NCBI GenBank assembly: GCA_963840035.1
Contig: CAWIXE010000002.1
Coordinates: forward strand, 640,001-704,000
Source of the DNA: a candidate division FCPU426 bacterium
GTDB lineage: Bacteria; Oederibacteriota; PGYV01; Palsa-1178
Direction of reading: 5' to 3'
Length of the DNA: 64,000 nucleotides
A program made the translations under genes and the position numbers. Below, in pieces: positions 48,303 to 58,798 of the stretch (positions are counted from its first letter, which is position 1; each line of letters begins with the position of its first letter). A model generated the notes under the pieces. The model worked only from the letters and a program-made list of their open reading frames with translations, made no database searches and was not told the DNA's origin.

Positions 48303-49716
48303 GATACCTAAGGCAAAAAGGCCGAAAGTGCCGGTAAGGCAGCAGGACCCGGCAGTCAGGGTAAAGAATTTTAATGAAGTTCCTTTCGGGTATAACGAAG
48401 CTGAGGCTGTACAGGAAGCTGAAAGGTGTCTGCAGTGCAAGAACCCCACATGCATCGAAGGATGCCCGGTAAATATCAATATTAAGGAATTTATAAGGCA
48501 GGTATCGGTCAGGGATTTCAAGGGCGCGATAGCGACCATTAAAAATGACAGCAGTCTTCCGGCAGTCTGCGGAAGGGTATGCCCGCAGGAAGAACAGTGC
48601 GAGTTAAAGTGCGTCATGTTAAAGACCAAGAACCCGATAAACATAGGGTACGTAGAACGCTTCGCGGCAGACTGGGAAGCTGAGAACCTTAAACCTGAAA
48701 GGCCTGACATAAAGAAAATATGGGGTAAAGACGGCAAACCTGTAAAGGTGGCTGTCGCAGGAGCGGGCCCCGCAGGGCTTACAATAGCCGGAGACCTCGC
48801 GAAAATGGGATATGAGGTTGTTGTATTTGAGGCAATGCATATTGCCGGCGGCGTATTGATATATGGAATTCCTGAATTCAGGCTGCCAAAAGCAATAGTG
48901 CAGAGGGAAGTAGACTACCTTAAAACACTCGGAGTTGACATACAGTTAAATACCGTAATCGGAAAGTCATACACGCTTGATGACCTTAAGAACATGGGCT
49001 TTAAGGCCATATTCATCGGCGTCGGAGCAGGGACGCCGATGTTCCTCGGAATACCAGGGGAAAATTTAAAGGGCGTTTACTCCGCAAATGAGTACTTAAC
49101 CAGGATAAACGCGATGAAGGGCTACCTTTTCCCTGAATATGATACTCCTGTTAAGATCGGCAAAAAAATCGCCGTGGTAGGTGCCGGAAATGTGGCCATG
49201 GACGCGGCACGCTGGAGCAGGAGGCTGCCGGGCGTGGAGGAAGTGCACATAGTTTACAGGCGTTCTGACGCGGAGATGCCGGCCAGGAAAGAAGAGATAG
49301 AAAGGGCTCATGAAGAAGGGATTATCTTTAACCTGCTGACAAACCCGGTTGAGGTAATAGGTGATGAGAATGGCTGGGTCAATGGAATGAAGTGCATAAA
49401 AATGGAGTTGGGCGAGCCGGACGCTTCAGGCAGGCGCAAGCCGGTACCGGTCCCGAATTCCGATTTTATAATTGACGTGGATACGGTTATACCGGCGCTT
49501 GGCACAAAGGCTAACAGGCTTTTAACCGCGGATGTAGCCGGCTTGAAACTGACCAAATGGGGCAACATAGAAGCTGACCCAGAAACAGGCGCGACATCCA
49601 TACCGGGCATATTTGCCGGCGGGGACATCACAACCGGTTCGGCAACTGTCATTGCGGCCATGGGCGCGGGCAGAAAAGCCGCGAAAGCAATGGACGATTA
49701 CTTAAAGAGCCTGTAA
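48289..49716 (+). CDS. nfnB: NfnB / GltD-like NADPH-dependent flavoprotein
   Basis: EAERCLQCKNPTC..GCP, GRVCPQEEQC, YGIPEFRLPK and ATVIAAMGAG motifs; overlaps nfnA. Confidence 0.85.
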   Translation: MEENKIPKAKRPKVPVRQQDPAVRVKNFNEVPFGYNEAEAVQEAERCLQCKNPTCIEGCPVNINIKEFIRQVSVRDFKGAIATIKNDSSLPAVCGRVCPQEEQCELKCVMLKTKNPINIGYVERFAADWEAENLKPERPDIKKIWGKDGKPVKVAVAGAGPAGLTIAGDLAKMGYEVVVFEAMHIAGGVLIYGIPEFRLPKAIVQREVDYLKTLGVDIQLNTVIGKSYTLDDLKNMGFKAIFIGVGAGTPMFLGIPGENLKGVYSANEYLTRINAMKGYLFPEYDTPVKIGKKIAVVGAGNVAMDAARWSRRLPGVEEVHIVYRRSDAEMPARKEEIERAHEEGIIFNLLTNPVEVIGDENGWVNGMKCIKMELGEPDASGRRKPVPVPNSDFIIDVDTVIPALGTKANRLLTADVAGLKLTKWGNIEADPETGATSIPGIFAGGDITTGSATVIAAMGAGRKAAKAMDDYLKSL

Positions 49717-49754
49717 AAGGCAGAATTACCATATTGTTTCATTGATTGTAAATC

Positions 49755-49783
49755 TTGACGTTATATTATTGTTGGTATATAAT
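49755..49783 (+). promoter_or_regulatory. Sigma70-type promoter of the GAF-ANTAR gene
   Basis: TTGACG-17 nt-TATAAT. Confidence 0.7.
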
Positions 49784-49864
49784 TATGCGTTGTGAAATTA
49801 AGAACAAAGCTTTTTCGGTCGGCCGATAAAGCACACAGTAAGATCATATGTGAGAGGTGTCTCT

Positions 49865-50647
49865 ATGGCTGTCAGGAAGAAAGTTAAAAAACCGAAGAAG
49901 AACGGCTCTTCAAAGGAAAAAAATGAGATATTAAAGCTGAAGGAAACCATCAGGGAAAAGGAAAAGGAAATTGAGACCTTAACCGAGATAAGCAAGTCCA
50001 TAGTATCCGGCAGGTATCTTGAGGAAATCCTGAACATTGTAGTATCCCTGACGGCTGAAATGATGGATTCCAAGATTTGTTCCATCATGATACTTGAAAA
50101 AAATCAGCAGGAGCTTAAGATAATCGCCACGCAGAGCTTAAGCGAGGATTACAGGCATAAGTCGAATATCCCTGTGGGGCAGTCGATCTCCGGCAAGGTA
50201 GTCCTTGAAAAACGGCCCATTACTGTTTTGAACGTCACGAAGGAAGAGAATTACATGTTCAAGGAGATAGCGAAAAAAGAAGGGCTTAAATCAATGCTCG
50301 CGGTGCCCATGATGCTCCGCGGAAAAGTCCTTGGTGTTATAAATATATATACAACCGAAGAGCACGTTTTTACGGAGAGCGAAATACGCATCCTGCAGTC
50401 CGTGGCAAACCAGGCCGCCATCGGCATAGAAAACGTAAAACTGGTAGAAGAAACATCGGTGGCAAAGGAAGCGCTGGAAACGCGCAAGCTCATAGACAGG
50501 GCAAAAGGCATACTGATGAATAAGCTGAAGATGACGGAAGACGCAGCATATAAGTCCATACACAAGAAGTCAATGGACTCAAGGAAATCAATGAAGGAAG
50601 TCGCGGAAGCCATAATACTCGCGATGGAAATGGAAAAGAAAGCATAA
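49865..50647 (+). CDS. GAF and ANTAR domain RNA-binding regulator
   Basis: GAF (SMLAVPMM...GVINIY...FTESE...VANQAAIGIEN) followed by ANTAR (LETRKLIDRAKGILM...EDAAY..I.K.SMD...M.EVAE.I). Confidence 0.93.
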   Translation: MAVRKKVKKPKKNGSSKEKNEILKLKETIREKEKEIETLTEISKSIVSGRYLEEILNIVVSLTAEMMDSKICSIMILEKNQQELKIIATQSLSEDYRHKSNIPVGQSISGKVVLEKRPITVLNVTKEENYMFKEIAKKEGLKSMLAVPMMLRGKVLGVINIYTTEEHVFTESEIRILQSVANQAAIGIENVKLVEETSVAKEALETRKLIDRAKGILMNKLKMTEDAAYKSIHKKSMDSRKSMKEVAEAIILAMEMEKKA

Positions 50648-50725
50648 GGAAAGTAGCGCGCAAATTTACGTCGGCAGGCCGCGGTCACAGCGCTGTGATT
50701 CCGGCCTGTAATAACAATTTCTGCT

Positions 50726-50779
50726 TGAACACACTGATGTGTTCAGACTAATGTGTACTTTGAGGCACAATGACGTGCC
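50726..50779 (+). promoter_or_regulatory. Twin-hairpin ANTAR target RNA upstream of gdhA
   Basis: TGAACAC-ACTGAT-GTGTTCA and GGCAC-AATGAC-GTGCC. Both hexaloops have A1/G4 and a C-G closing pair, with an 18-nt linker. Confidence 0.85.
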
Positions 50780-50835
50780 GGCGGCAGGATTGTCATTAAA
50801 TAACATAACAGCGCATACGAAGCAGGAGGGAATAG

Positions 50836-52176
<1,341 letters not shown>

Positions 52177-52191
52177 GCCTTAAAGCAAAGC

Positions 52192-52225
52192 AAAAAGGGC
52201 GGGCCAAATGGCCCGCCCTTTTTTT
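52192..52225 (+). terminator. Intrinsic terminator of gdhA
   Basis: aaaaagggcgggcca-aa-tggcccgccctttttt. Confidence 0.9.
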
Positions 52226-52242
52226 ATGTCCAACATGTTCTG

Positions 52243-52421
52243 GTAGCCGCAACCTTCGAGATGCCATTGTGAGCTTTGCGAACAAACATTAAATCAGAAA
52301 AACCTCTAATCTTGTCGTGTTCATCACGACTTGTTGCGAAAGGCAGGTTGTTAATGTATAACTCGGACGTGATTGACATGGTAATATTGTCATCCCTGCG
52401 CAGCCTGAAGGCTGCGGCTAC
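52243..52421. repeat. GTAG-type REP pair (REPIN-like)
   Basis: GTAGCCGCAACCTT... at the left end and inverted ...CGCAGCCTGAAGGCTGCGGCTAC at the right end. Confidence 0.6.
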
Positions 52422-52520
52422 CGGCGTTAAAAAGCAAAACCCGCCTGCGCGGGGAGGAGCCGCAGACGGGTTTGTGCGTCCTATATTGGTAATTAGTCAT
52501 TAGTAATCAGTAATTTATTT

Positions 52521-52862
52521 TTAACCGATCGCCATTTTTCCTTTTTCGCCGGTCCTTATCCTGTAGCATTCTTCCATGGGCATGACAAATATCTTCCCAT
52601 CACCGGTCTCGCCGGTCTTAGCGCCTTTCATAATGGCTTTGACCGTGGCGTCAAGGTAATTATCATTTACTGCGATTTCAAGGCGGATCTTGCGGAGCAG
52701 GTTTCCGGTTTCCTTTACGCCCCTGTATACTTCCGTGATGCCTTTCTGCCTGCCGTGTCCGAGCACCTCGTTAACGGTTATCAGGTTTACATCTGCCTTA
52801 TAGAGCTCCTGTTTTACTTCCTCAAGCATGTGAGGCTGGATTATCGCGATTACGAGTTTCAT
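52521..52862 (-). CDS. glnK: P-II nitrogen regulator
   Basis: GHGRQKG, YRG, TGETGDGKIF and RIRTGE motifs; downstream of amt. Confidence 0.95.
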   Translation of the reverse strand: MKLVIAIIQPHMLEEVKQELYKADVNLITVNEVLGHGRQKGITEVYRGVKETGNLLRKIRLEIAVNDNYLDATVKAIMKGAKTGETGDGKIFVMPMEECYRIRTGEKGKMAIG

Positions 52863-52956
52863 AACACACCTCCTGTTTATTAACGGATCATCTTCCTATA
52901 AATCATCCCCACCCTGGCCCTCCCCTTTGAAAAGGGGAGGGAGAAGGCAGGTGGGA

Positions 52957-54273
52957 CTATTCAATCAAAGTATACGCGCTTTCATGGTGCTGGGTTAAGT
53001 CAAGTCCTATGGCTTCTTCTTTGGCTTTTACCCTGACGCCCATTACCAGGTCGATTACTTTAAGCAGAACGAAAGTCATTACCAGCGTCCAGACTATTGT
53101 TATTCCGACCGCGATAGCCTGTATCAGAAGCTGTTTCGGGTTGCCGTAAAAGAGCCCGTTAAATCCTGCGGAGTTGACCGATACCGTGGCAAAGAGCCCT
53201 GTTGCCAGCGCGCCTACTATGCCGCCGATGCCGTGCACTCCAAAAGCGTCCAGGGAGTCGTCATATCCGAGTTTTGTCTTAACTATGGCTACCATGAAGT
53301 AGCAAACAAGGCTCACAAGTATGCCTATGGCAAGCGCGCCTGTTACATCCACGAAACCTGCGGCCGGCGTTATTGCGACCAATCCGGCTACGGCGCCTGT
53401 GATAGTACCGAGCATTGTCGGCTTACCATTGAGCATCCAGTCAAGTCCGGCCCAAGTTAAGGCTGCCATCGCGGCTGCTGTGTTCGTAACCACAAAGGCG
53501 TTTGCGGCAAGGCCGTTCGCTGCCAGGGCGCTTCCCGCGTTAAATCCGAACCATCCGAACCATAGCAGCCCTGCTCCAAGAACGGAAAGCGGAAGGTTGT
53601 GCGGCGTAGTAGGTTTTTCATAGCCAAGTCTCTTGCCGAGATAAAGCGCGGTGACAAGCGCAGCAACACCTGCGTTAATGTGCACTACAGTGCCTCCGGC
53701 AAAATCAAGGGCGCCCATGTTTCTTAAAAATCCTCCGATACCCCATACCCAGTGGCAGAGAGGGTCATATACAAATGTAGCCCACGCCAGGATGAATACC
53801 AAAAATGCGGAGAATTTCATCCTTTCCGCGAACGCGCCTATGATAAGCGCGGGCGTGATTATCGCGAACATGGCCTGAAATATCATGAAAGCCTGGTGCG
53901 GTATTGTAGCCGAGTAATCGGGGTTTGCTTCAAGCCCGACTCCTTTTAAGCCGAACCATTCAAAGCCTCCCCAGAACCCGGTGCCCGGGTGAAAAGAAAG
54001 GGAGTAACCGATCAATACCCACTGTACGGACAGGGCCGCAAGCGCGATCATTGCCTGCATTAAGACCGAAAGCATATTCTTTTTCCTTACCAAGCCTCCG
54101 TAGAAAAAAGCAAGTCCCGGAGTCATGAGCATTACAAGAGCCGCGGAAATCAGGACCCATGCCGTGTCTCCCGCGTTTATAACAGGGGCAGGAGCCGCGG
54201 CGGCCGCGGTCTCGGCGAACGCAAGGCCGGCTGCCGTAAGAGCGAGCATTACAATCATCAATAAGCGTTTCAT
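52957..54273 (-). CDS. amtB: Ammonium transporter
   Basis: MTPGLAFFYGG, DFAGGTVVH, WFGWFGFN and DAFGVHG motifs (twin His intact). Confidence 0.97.
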   Translation of the reverse strand: MKRLLMIVMLALTAAGLAFAETAAAAAPAPVINAGDTAWVLISAALVMLMTPGLAFFYGGLVRKKNMLSVLMQAMIALAALSVQWVLIGYSLSFHPGTGFWGGFEWFGLKGVGLEANPDYSATIPHQAFMIFQAMFAIITPALIIGAFAERMKFSAFLVFILAWATFVYDPLCHWVWGIGGFLRNMGALDFAGGTVVHINAGVAALVTALYLGKRLGYEKPTTPHNLPLSVLGAGLLWFGWFGFNAGSALAANGLAANAFVVTNTAAAMAALTWAGLDWMLNGKPTMLGTITGAVAGLVAITPAAGFVDVTGALAIGILVSLVCYFMVAIVKTKLGYDDSLDAFGVHGIGGIVGALATGLFATVSVNSAGFNGLFYGNPKQLLIQAIAVGITIVWTLVMTFVLLKVIDLVMGVRVKAKEEAIGLDLTQHHESAYTLIE

Positions 54274-54296
54274 GTTAATGTACCTCCTTTTTTTAT

Positions 54297-54998
54297 TTAA
54301 AGACTGAAGTTATATGTCAGGGATAAAGAACCCGTTACAGCGTTTTCGTACTGGTCATCCAGTGCAGCCTGGAAGAAGACTGAAGGGGATACAACAAATC
54401 CCGCTATGGTGTAGCTGCCTGCCAGGGTTACGCCGAGCACGGTAAAAGACGGCTCGTAGAGCCACTGTCCGTAATTGTAACCGGCGGTTAAAGCGCCTGA
54501 TAAACCAAAATCTCCGAATGTAAGCGAGTGCGATACTCCGCCTTCCAGATACCCGCCCTTGCCCTGAACAGCGTCATAATAGAATGTCAGGTAAGGCAGT
54601 GATGGAACTGAACTGCTGATCCCGGCGATAATTTCCACCGAGTTGTTGTAAGCGGGGGAAAGATAGGGGAACGTATATGCCGTATAACCCGCTTTTACCG
54701 AAAGAAAATCCGCGTAAGGCACCGCCTGCGTGTAAGTTACTGTATAGTCTGATTCGTTGTACTGCATGTCTCCGCCAAACGCGTGGTACGAACCCCAGTA
54801 ACCGAAACTAAACCCGCCTGCTGTAAGTGATAAACCCGGCTGAATGGCAAAGCCATCGGATAAAACCTGGCCGCGCCATAAATACTTCGTTACTCCTGCC
54901 GTATAAACGCTGCCGCTTAAAGCTGCCGCGCTTAAAGCTGAAAAACCAGACATTGCCATTACTGCCGTCAGAACTACTGCGAGAACTTTCCTTTTCAT
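54297..54998 (-). CDS. TorF-like putative porin upstream of amtB
   Basis: Start MKRKV after AGGAGG. KYLWRGQ...AIQP...YWGS...ESDY motif and beta-barrel-type C-terminus. Confidence 0.75.
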   Translation of the reverse strand: MKRKVLAVVLTAVMAMSGFSALSAAALSGSVYTAGVTKYLWRGQVLSDGFAIQPGLSLTAGGFSFGYWGSYHAFGGDMQYNESDYTVTYTQAVPYADFLSVKAGYTAYTFPYLSPAYNNSVEIIAGISSSVPSLPYLTFYYDAVQGKGGYLEGGVSHSLTFGDFGLSGALTAGYNYGQWLYEPSFTVLGVTLAGSYTIAGFVVSPSVFFQAALDDQYENAVTGSLSLTYNFSL

Positions 54999-55021
54999 GG
55001 TAAAACCTCCTGTAGGCGTTG

Positions 55022-55078
55022 TCAGTAAGCCGCGAGATAGTCTTTCATGAATGCCAGGAGCCTGAGTATTGTTTCCAT
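55022..55078 (-). CDS. Putative 18-aa leader/small protein METILRLLAFMKDYLAAY
   Basis: GGAGGTG SD with good spacing, between the sigma54 promoter and the porin gene. Below the ORF-track cut-off. Confidence 0.5.
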   Translation of the reverse strand: METILRLLAFMKDYLAAY

Positions 55079-55122
55079 TTGGACCACCTCCGCTTACTGT
55101 ATTTGAGTCATACACATATATA

Positions 55123-55138
55123 AGCACGACCCGTGCCA
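55123..55138 (-). promoter_or_regulatory. Sigma54 (-24/-12) promoter of porin-amtB-glnK
   Basis: Minus strand TGGCAC-GGGTC-GTGCT. Confidence 0.8.
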
Positions 55139-55162
55139 CAAATCAAAAATAGCTTAAAATGG

Positions 55163-55239
55163 TGGTTATATTATAGTCACGTCAAGAATCAATGGTCAAA
55201 AAACATACAATATAACAATTAGTGGTTAAATATCATGCA
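55163..55239. promoter_or_regulatory. Three 17-bp enhancer-like boxes at 30-bp spacing
   Basis: TGGTTATATTATAGTCA (55163), TGGTCAAAAAACATACA (55193), TGGTTAAATATCATGCA (55223). Confidence 0.65.
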
Positions 55240-55421
55240 ACAATAGGCGGGTTTATTCAAAGCGTGAGTAAAGATGTGATATATAAATATAGGTGATATT
55301 AGTCTATTTATAGTGGAAGCAGGATGCGACTAAAACATTTGTAATAGTGTATTATATTTACAGGCAGATTAATAAGTGTATTGGATGCCAGGATTAATCA
55401 ATTAGTATAAAGGAGGGGAAA

Positions 55422-55589
55422 ATGAGCACTTCAAATTACGCAGCAGGAGGAATAGGGTTAGGAAGTTTAATTGCGGTACTGTTGATATGGCAGGTCCATC
55501 ATTCCATATTGTGGTGTATTTTAGGCGCGTTTTTAAGCTGGTTTTATGTGATTTTTTACGTTTTAAGGTATTATCTGCACCTTTTTTAA
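55422..55589 (+). CDS. Small membrane protein (55 aa)
   Basis: AAGGAGG SD. MSTSNYAAGGIGLGSLIAVLLIWQVHHSILWCILGAFLSWFYVIFYVLRYYLHLF. Below the ORF-track cut-off. Confidence 0.7.
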   Translation: MSTSNYAAGGIGLGSLIAVLLIWQVHHSILWCILGAFLSWFYVIFYVLRYYLHLF

Positions 55590-55614
55590 AATCTGAAACT
55601 TTTTTGGAGGTTTT

Positions 55615-56388
55615 ATGCGTAAATTTTTATTTCTGACAGTTCTGGCTGTATTTTTATCCGTACCCGCTTTTGCCGCTTTACAAATCAGCGTAAGCGGAGG
55701 GTATTCCTATTCAAATCTTGATAATCTGAAGAGTTATTGGGAAAAAGCCAAAGTGGATGCTGAGGCGTACACGACAACGTCTAACGCAGACTGGAAAGGT
55801 TACAGCAACGGAGTGTTTGGCAATCTTGATGTAAATATTAATATTGACAAATCAATACTGGTTGGGGCGAGAACAGGTATTCAGTACATATTTCCATCCA
55901 CTTACTCAGGGTTTCGCGTTATTAATATACCGCCGCTTACATGGGTATATACAGAAACATCCATAGAGAATTATCTTATTCCGGTTATGGCGGGCGTAAA
56001 TCTGTACATGCCGATGGGAACTGATTCGGCCATAGCAATTAACGCGGCCGCATACGCGGGTTGGGGGCTTGCTTATTGCGCCCAGAAGACAAAGTATAAC
56101 AACTCTGAGGCGCTGCTCGCCCTTTATGGCGGCAATGGGTTTGTGGCGGATTTGACAGCGTCGGTTGAAGTAAAAATACTGGCTTTTCTAAGCGCAAGCT
56201 TAAACGGCGGGTACAGATTCGCGAAAATGACGGATTTTAAGAATGTAAAAAGCGTCAGCGCGAATGTCCCGGGTTACGGTATGTATAACATACCCACAAA
56301 TGATCCGTTTAACGACGGAAACGGCAAACCGGTTGATGTTGATTTCTCCGGAATAAATATCGGAGCGGGTTTGAATTTAAGGTTTTAA
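55615..56388 (+). CDS. Outer-membrane beta-barrel protein, paralog 5
   Basis: Same family as 1625-5189 (LIPVMAG, YAGWGLA, GYRFA, VDFSGINIGAGLNLRF). Confidence 0.75.
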   Translation: MRKFLFLTVLAVFLSVPAFAALQISVSGGYSYSNLDNLKSYWEKAKVDAEAYTTTSNADWKGYSNGVFGNLDVNINIDKSILVGARTGIQYIFPSTYSGFRVINIPPLTWVYTETSIENYLIPVMAGVNLYMPMGTDSAIAINAAAYAGWGLAYCAQKTKYNNSEALLALYGGNGFVADLTASVEVKILAFLSASLNGGYRFAKMTDFKNVKSVSANVPGYGMYNIPTNDPFNDGNGKPVDVDFSGINIGAGLNLRF

Positions 56389-56407
56389 CAAATAGCATAA
56401 GAAATAT

Positions 56408-56460
56408 AAATGGCAGGCATTGTATTAAGCGCCGATGCGCTTTTTAATGCCTGCCATTTT
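56408..56460. terminator. Bidirectional terminator between convergent genes
   Basis: aaatggcaggcatt ... aatgcctgccatttt. Confidence 0.75.
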
Positions 56461-56499
56461 GTTTTATTGGATTTAATCAAATTCTAACTGAGGATATTA

Positions 56500-56841
56500 T
56501 CAGCCTATGGCTACATGGCCTTTTTCACCGGTCCTTATCCTTGTGCATGACTCAAGCGGCAGCACGAAGATCTTGCCGTCGCCGGTTTCGCCCGTATGTG
56601 CGCCTTTCATTATGGCTGCGATTGTGGCGTCCAGGAAGTTGTCGTTTACGGCAATTTCAAGGCGTATCTTGCGCAGCAGGTTTCCGGTCTCTTTTACGCC
56701 CCTGTAAACTTCTGTAATGCCTTTCTGTCTGCCGTGGCCCAATACTTCGTTTACTGTTATGAGGTTAACATCGGCTTTGTAAAGTTCCTGTTTAACGTCC
56801 TCCAGCATGTGCGGCTGGATAATGGCGATTACGAGTTTCAT
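56500..56841 (-). CDS. glnK: P-II nitrogen regulator, second copy
   Basis: Nearly identical to 52521-52862. Start MKLVIAI after AAGGAGG. Confidence 0.95.
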   Translation of the reverse strand: MKLVIAIIQPHMLEDVKQELYKADVNLITVNEVLGHGRQKGITEVYRGVKETGNLLRKIRLEIAVNDNFLDATIAAIMKGAHTGETGDGKIFVLPLESCTRIRTGEKGHVAIG

Positions 56842-56861
56842 AAGAGCCTCCTTAGAGTTTA

Positions 56862-56945
56862 TGTGTGGTGCTTTGGATAGTGGTGCGTGGTAAGTGGTAT
56901 GTGCCACGTACTGCACACCACACGTACCACGCATCACGTACCACT
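56862..56945. repeat. Inverted degenerate TACCACG-family heptamer arrays
   Basis: agtggtg cgtggta agtggta ... gtaccac gcatcac gtaccac. Confidence 0.75.
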
Positions 56946-58238
56946 TTAATCTATCAGCGTATAAGCCCTTTCATTATGTTCGCTGACATCAAGCCCCAGC
57001 ACTTCTTTTCTATCCTCAACCCTGACGCCGATTGTTATTGAAACGAGTTTGTATATTATAAACGTGGCGGCGACTGTGTATGCGACAGAGGCAAAAGCCC
57101 CCAGGGACTGTATCATGAACTGCTTCGCGTTTCCGAAGAATAGGCCGTCAGCGCCGGCGGGGTTGATCAGTTTTGATGCAAACAGTCCTGTCATAAGCGT
57201 GCCTAAAAGCCCGCCTATGCCATGGACGCCGAACGCGTCGAGGGTATCGTCGTAATTTATTTTAGGTTTCAATATGCTCACAGCCAGATAACATACGATA
57301 GAAGTTGTTATGCCTATTATAACGGCCGGAAGAGGGCCGATAAATCCTGAGGCTGGTGTTACTGTCGCAAGGCCGGCAATAGCGCCTGTGGCTGTTCCGA
57401 GCATTGTGGGTTTTCCCATTGTGATCCATTCAATGCATGCCCAGGTGAGCGCGGCTGCGGCAGCTGCCGTATTTGTGGATAGAAAGGCGCTGATGGCAAC
57501 GTTGTTTGCGGAAAATGCGCTTCCGGCGTTAAAGCCGAACCATCCAAACCATAATAATCCGGCGCCAAGCACGGTAAAAGGGAGGTTGTGTGGAGTGGGT
57601 ACTGCAGTATGGTTCCTGCGTTTCCCAATGACAAGGGCCGTTACCAGCGCGGCGAAACCGGCGCTGATATGCACTACAATACCGCCCGCGAAATCCAATA
57701 CTCCCATGGTCTGAAGCCAGCCGCCGCCCCATACCCAGTGGCACAGCGGATTATAGACAAGCGTTGCCCACAGCAGCGAAAAGAGTATATATGCGGAGAA
57801 TTTCATCCTCTCCGCAAAGGCGCCTATGATGAGGGCGGGAGTAATAACCGCGAACATCATCTGGTATATCATGAAAAGTTGATGGGGAATGTTCGGGGCA
57901 AAAGGAGCCGGTTCCATGCCGACATTGGCCATGCCGAGGTATTTAAAACCGCCGATAAAGCCGTTTCCCGGCGCAAATGAAAGGGAATACCCGAACAGAA
58001 TCCACTGAATGCTTATCAATGCCATGGCAATAAAGCACTGCATAAGTATTCCGAGGATGTTTTTCTTCCTGACAAGGCCGCCATAAAAAAAGGCGAGTCC
58101 CGGTGTCATGAGAAGTACAAGCGCCGAAGAAACAAGCATCCATGCGATGTCACCCTTGTCGTAAACAGGAGCGTCGCCGGCCAGCGCAAATGAAGATAAT
58201 GCAAAAACGGAAAAAATAAGGTAAAAAATTCGTTTCAT
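56946..58238 (-). CDS. amtB: Ammonium transporter, second copy
   Basis: Start MKRIFY after GGAGG. DFAGGIVVH and DAFGVHG motifs. Confidence 0.96.
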   Translation of the reverse strand: MKRIFYLIFSVFALSSFALAGDAPVYDKGDIAWMLVSSALVLLMTPGLAFFYGGLVRKKNILGILMQCFIAMALISIQWILFGYSLSFAPGNGFIGGFKYLGMANVGMEPAPFAPNIPHQLFMIYQMMFAVITPALIIGAFAERMKFSAYILFSLLWATLVYNPLCHWVWGGGWLQTMGVLDFAGGIVVHISAGFAALVTALVIGKRRNHTAVPTPHNLPFTVLGAGLLWFGWFGFNAGSAFSANNVAISAFLSTNTAAAAAALTWACIEWITMGKPTMLGTATGAIAGLATVTPASGFIGPLPAVIIGITTSIVCYLAVSILKPKINYDDTLDAFGVHGIGGLLGTLMTGLFASKLINPAGADGLFFGNAKQFMIQSLGAFASVAYTVAATFIIYKLVSITIGVRVEDRKEVLGLDVSEHNERAYTLID

Positions 58239-58321
58239 TGATGTTCCTCCCCGTGTATTATCCCTTCTACGAATAATCAACGCGGAACCTCAAATGTCCT
58301 TCTCTCCAACGCAAAATTAGT

Positions 58322-58704
58322 GGGCCCGCCGCGTCGGCGCGGCGGGCCCGGTGTCAGCGTCGAAGTAGAAGGGATTTTTAGATGGCGCTAAAGCGCCATC
58401 TAAAAATCCCTTCTTGCTTTTGTAGGGGCCGCCCTATGTGGCGGCCCGCTGGCAGTAAGAACTTGTCCTTCGTTTTGGGCGATTCGTGAATCGCCCCTAC
58501 AAAACCAAACGGGACCAAAAGAAACCTCTAAAAATCCCTTCTTGCTTTTGTAGGGGCCGCCCTATGTGGCGGCCCGCTGGTAGTAAGAACTTGTCCTTCG
58601 TTTTGGGCGATTCGTGAATCGCCCCTACAAAACCAAACGGGACCAAAAGAAACCTCTAAAAATCCCTTCTTGCTTTTGTAGGGGCCGCCCTATGTGGCGG
58701 CCCG
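58322..58704. repeat. BIME-like REP array: 128-bp unit x about 2.4 plus flanking palindromes
   Basis: GTAGGGGCCGCCCTATGTGGCGGCCCG at 58422, 58550 and 58678, with inverted GGGCGATTCGTGAATCGCCCCTAC partners. 23-bp perfect inverted repeat at 58367-58414. Confidence 0.9.
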
Positions 58705-58751
58705 ATGCTGATGATTTGTTTATGGTTTAAAAGAACAGTTCTAAAGATTTA

Positions 58752-58782
58752 TACCCGGGGCGTGTTCATCACGCCCCGGGTA
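58752..58782. terminator. Hairpin after GS-III
   Basis: tacccggggcgtg-ttcat-cacgccccgggta. Confidence 0.65.
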
Positions 58783-58798
58783 AGTTTTGATTTGTTAT

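Noticed and set aside
48289..49716. Second glutamate synthase small subunit
   Set aside because: It overlaps an NfnA-type gene and a true gltD already follows gltB, so NfnB is the better reading.
49790..49807. Rex operator (TTGTGAA-N4-AGAACAA) before the GAF-ANTAR gene
   Set aside because: Only the left half matches, and no similar site was found before nfnAB.
54999..55139. N-terminal extension of the porin ORF in the track (start 55139)
   Set aside because: It covers the sigma54 promoter and the leader ORF. The SD and signal peptide support a start at 54998.
56842..56937. N-terminal extension of the second P-II ORF
   Set aside because: It runs through heptamer repeats. The paralog and the SD define the start at 56841.
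58399..58704. Possible CRISPR array
   Set aside because: The whole 128-bp unit is duplicated with no unique spacers, the repeats are GTAG REP-like, and no cas genes are present.
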